From Macrostomum lignano (lineage: Eukaryota): DNA of 64,000 bases. The notes beneath the pieces were generated by a model. The model searched no databases. It was not told the DNA's origin and saw only the letters and a list, made by a program, of their open reading frames with translations. Both the position numbers and the translations under genes were made by a program. Shown here piece after piece: positions 60,215 through 64,000 of the stretch; positions within the stretch are counted from its first letter, which is position 1, and each line of letters starts with the position of its first letter. The stretch covers positions 496,001 to 560,000 of the forward strand of contig NIVC01000309.1 in NCBI GenBank assembly GCA_002269645.1, read 5' to 3'.

Positions 60215-60920
60215 AGTGGAGTCAGTAGACAGTGAAGTCAGTAGACAGTAGAGTCAGTAGACAGTAGAGTCAGTAGACAGTGGAGTCAGTAGACAGTGGA
60301 GTCAGTAGACAGTGGAGTCAGTAGACAGTGGAGTCAGTAGACAGTAGAGTCAGTAGATACAATAGTCAGTAGACAGTGGAGTCAGTAGACAGTAGAGTCA
60401 GTAGACACAATAGTCAGTAGACAGTGGAGTCAGTAGACAGTGGAGTCAGTAGACAGTGGAGTCAGTAGACAGTGGAGTCAGTAGACAGTGGAGTCAGTAG
60501 ACAGTAGAGTCAGTAGACACAATAGTCAGTAGACAGTGGAGTCAGTAGACAGTAGAGTCAGTAGACAGTGGAGTCAGTAGACAGTGGAGTCAGTAGACAG
60601 TGGAGTCAGTAGACAGTGGAGTCAGTAGACACAATAGTCAGTAGACAGTAGAGTCAGTAGACACAATAGTCAGTAGACAGTGGAGTCAGTAGACACAATA
60701 GTCAGTAGACAGTGGAGTCAGTAGACACAATAGTCAGTAGACACAATAGTCAGTAGACAGTGGAGTCAGTAGACACAATAGTCAGTAGACAGTGGAGTCA
60801 GTAGACACAATAGTCAATGGACATTAGATAATGTAGACGCTGTAGTGGACATTAGATAATGTAGACGCTGTAGTGGACATTAGATAATGTAGACGCAGTA
60901 GTGGACATTAGAGTCAGTAG
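60215..60920. repeat. 16-bp minisatellite GAGTCAGTAGACAGTG (with a 14-bp variant) plus three 27-bp units, between SAFB and LATS
   Basis: Tandem units are directly visible. Confidence 0.95.
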
Positions 60921-61063
60921 TAAGTAGTCACTGTCATGACCCCAGAACAACAGAAGGTCGACTGCATTTCTGACTCTAACTGCTGCCTGCCTTTCATAGA
61001 AGGACTATGAAGAATTATAGAATCTCATTCTCATAGTAAGCTAAAGTTTCTTGTCGATTTCAG

Positions 61064-63032
61064 CAGACCGACGCCGCTTCCGCCGCTGTCGGCAATCAGC
61101 CGCCGCCGCCGCTGCCACCGCGTCGAATCCGGCCGGCATTGGCGGCCGCTGTACAGACTAGGCCGCCTGTGGTACTGCGCACCGTATGCAGCCGGGAGAT
61201 ACCCAGGCCCACTGCTTTCCGAGCCGAGCCTGTCGCTTCTGTTGCCGCCGCTGCCGCTGCCGCTGCCGCCGGCGGCGCCGCACCGGTCGTGGTTACCTCG
61301 GCAACCGGGTCCGTAGCTACGGCGAATTCTTCGCCAAGCTCGGCAGTGGGTCCGCCAGCTTATCCTACAGCATGGTTTGCCGCCACAGCTGCTCCAGTGT
61401 CTGCTACTGTTGTGTCAGCTACTTCGTTAACCTGCTTGCCTAGCTATGTGCAACAACAGCAACAGCAGCTGCAGTTCCAGCAGCAGGTGCCTGTGCAGTT
61501 TCTCATGCAGTACCGGCAGCAACAGCAGCAGCAGCAATTCCAACAGTATCGCCCAATCAATGCGCCCGCAGCCCCGGCGCCGCCGCCGCGCACTGCCAGA
61601 CGCAGCTCCTTAATAGGTAGCAATAATGTTAATTTAGCCAGCGCCGCTCTGTCTTCGTCGGGAGGCGGCGGCGGCGGCGTTGGTGGCGCAGTCCAGCCAG
61701 TGTTTTATTCCCCGACATTATCCACGCCGGGGGGCATCGGCGACACCGGCACTATGATTGTTCGTTGCAGCTCTTTAGGCGCTTTGAATACGTTAACTTC
61801 TTCGTCGGCTGAGGCAGCCGCAGTGGCCGATAGTAGTCGACGCCGGCCTCGACTTGTTGAACAGCAGCAGCAGGCTCTCGCTGGCGCTACTGGCGGCGGC
61901 AGCGACGTTGTTAGCCTCACCGACACTGACAGTCAGGTTGGCGGCGACGATCTCGGGCCTCTAGAATCGCCTGGCTCGCCGCCGCCGATGTCAACAACGC
62001 CGTTGACTCAACCGTTGCAGCAGCAGCACGAGGCTTCTCTACACCAGCTGCCCCAGTCGCAGCAGCAGCATCAGCAGCGATCTGCATCAACTATTAGACA
62101 CGTGCCCGCAGCCGCTTGTAAATTCTATTTGGAGCATCATTTCGAAAATCTGATGAAGCATCATCACGAGAGAATTAAACGGCGACAGAAACTAGAAGAA
62201 GAGATGAATAAGGTGCGTATAAATCATAACGTTATGTCACAGTAACCCTTAGTAACCCATCGTAAGCGTGAATGGCGCCACGGACCCCGACCCCCCTAAA
62301 AAGAATCAACAATAAAATGCAGTTACGCACAGGATTCGAACCTCCGAGCTTTGTTTAGAGATTTATCCGAAACTCGATTTTTACCAATTCTTTTCCACAG
62401 GCTGTAGCCGAGTGGTTAGAGTATCGGACTCACGACTGAAAGGTCGGGGGTTCGTTCCTGACCCAGTTGGACCAATTTGTGTCCTTGAGAAAGACACTTA
62501 ACTCTGCATTGCTTCAGTTCACCCAGCTGTAAAATGGGTGCCAGCATTGGCTGGGGTAATTGAGGGTGTGTGTGGCGACCCCCCAGTCCTTGAACTGAAC
62601 AGCCGTACGCAGTTTGTGCGCCGCGCCATAGCTGTCGGTTGCACATCTGCCCCATTAGAATAATGGGGTGTAATTAAATAATTATTATATCTATTTTGTT
62701 ATTATAATCCCAATATTCCCCAGGTGAAGCTAAGCGAGCAAGCTCAAGAGCAGCTTCGCCAGCTGCTCAGCATGAAGGAGAGCCGGCATTTGCGGATGAA
62801 GCGGAGCAAATTAAACGTTGGCATGTTTCACAAGCACGCTCTGTTGGGCGTCGGAGCATTTGGCGAAGTTCACCTGGTGCGCAAGAAAGACAACGATCAA
62901 TTGTACGCTATGAAAACTTTGCGCAAATCGCAGGTGGCGCTGCGCAATCAGGCGGCTCACGTCAACGCCGAGCGGGACATTTTAGGCGAAGCTGACAACG
63001 AGTGGATTGTGAAATTGTACTATAGCTTTCAG
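61064..63032 (+). CDS. LATS: LATS/Warts serine/threonine kinase, partial (5' start unresolved, 3' end beyond the window)
   Basis: Exons about 61064-62212 and 62724-63032. PPxY motif PPAY (61352-61363). N-terminal regulatory region KFYLEHHFENLMKHHHERIKRRQKLEEEM/VKLSEQAQEQLRQLLSMKESRHLRMKR. Kinase subdomains LGVGAFGEV, YAMKTLRK, HVNAERDILGEADNEWIVKLYYSFQ. Confidence 0.9.
62401..62612 (+). mobile_element. tRNA-derived SINE with CORE-like central domain, copy 2 (LATS intron)
   Basis: A box TAGCCGAGTGG and B box GGTTCGTTCC, then GTGTCCTTGAGAAAGACACTTAACTC...CAGTTCACCCAGCTGTAAAATGGG. Matches 24729-24950. Confidence 0.8.
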
Positions 63033-63069
63033 GTGAGTCTGATTCGCCGGATTGTTTGTTTCATTCGCA

Positions 63070-64000
63070 ACTATTTGTTTCATTCGCAACTATTAGATCT
63101 CTAATCCATCAACTATTCGATCTCTCTAATCCATCAACTATTCGATCTCTCTAATCCATCAACTATTCGATATCTCTAATCCATCAACTATTCGATCTCT
63201 CCAATCAATCAACTATTCGATCTCTAATCCATCAACTATTCGATCTCTCTAATCCATCAACTATTCGATATCTCTAATCCATCAACTATTCGATCTCTCC
63301 AATAAATCAACTATTCGATCTCTCTAATCCATCAACTATTCGATATCTCTAATCCATCAACTATTCGATCTCTAATCTATCAACTATTCGATCTCTAACC
63401 CATCAACTATTCTATATCTCTAATCCATCAACTATTCGATCTCTAACCCATCAACTATTCGATATCTCTAATCCATCAACTATTCGATCTCTAACCCATC
63501 AACTATCCGATCTCTAATCTATCAACTATTCGATCTCTAATCCATCAACTATTCGATCTCTAATCCATCAACTATTCGATATCTCTAATCCATCAACTAT
63601 TCGATCTCTAACCCATCAACTATCCGATCTCTAATCTATCAACTATTCGATCTCTAATCCATCAACTATTCTATATCTCTAATCCATCAACTATTCGATC
63701 TCTAATCCATCAACTATTCGATATCTCTAATTCATCAACTATTCGATCTCTAATCTATCAACTATTCGATCTCTAATCTATCAACTATTCGATCTCTAAT
63801 CCATCAACTATTCTATATCTCTAATCCATCAACTATTCGATCTCTAATCCATCAACTATTCGATATCTCTAATCCATCAACTATTCGATCTCTAATCTAT
63901 CAACTATTCGATCTCTAACCCATCAACTATCCGATCTCTAATCTATCAACTATTCGATCTCTAATCCATCAACTATTCTATATCTCTAATCCATCAACTA
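63070..64000. repeat. 23/25-bp minisatellite ATCTCTAATCCATCAACTATTCG in a LATS intron
   Basis: Tandem units continue to the end of the window. Confidence 0.95.

Overview
Eukaryotic (metazoan) genomic DNA with GT-AG introns and many tandem repeats. It is most likely from a Macrostomum flatworm; this is inferred from the adhesive gene and not proven. Five spliced protein-coding genes were reconstructed by hand from splice sites and reading-frame phase. (1) A C1-RA-SARAH RASSF1/5-like gene (+, 3100-10172). (2) A giant secreted adhesive-protein gene of the flatworm ap1 type (-, 41953-14141; 22 coding exons, about 6,818 aa once a 1-nt deficit in the VWD exon is corrected). Its order is signal peptide, Ser/Trp-rich micro-exons, a 12.4-kb Lys/Arg-repeat exon ending in two ShKT domains, C-type lectin, EGF, VWD-C8-TIL, about 20 EGF repeats, and a second Lys/Arg repeat. 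(3) SYAP1/SAP47 BSD protein (-). (4) SAFB/SLTM-like SAP+RRM protein (+). (5) The 5' part of a LATS/Warts kinase (+, runs off the window). Also present are hAT-like MITEs with 8-bp TSDs, a TIR element upstream of ap1, a hairpin MITE, tRNA-derived SINEs, a decayed LINE and about a dozen intron-specific minisatellites. Most long ORFs in the supplied track are antisense or off-frame readings of repeats. The most unusual signals are: a 36-copy 40-bp array in ap1 intron 2 in which every unit carries both a splice acceptor and a donor around a 5-nt mini-exon; a run of symmetric phase-1 micro-exons encoding WxxW/poly-Ser/acidic modules at the ap1 N-terminus; a frameshift in the ap1 VWD exon; and sharply bounded CpG deserts at the 5' ends of the broadly expressed genes, flanking a CpG-retaining divergent promoter region. 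All counts were made by eye and need computational confirmation.
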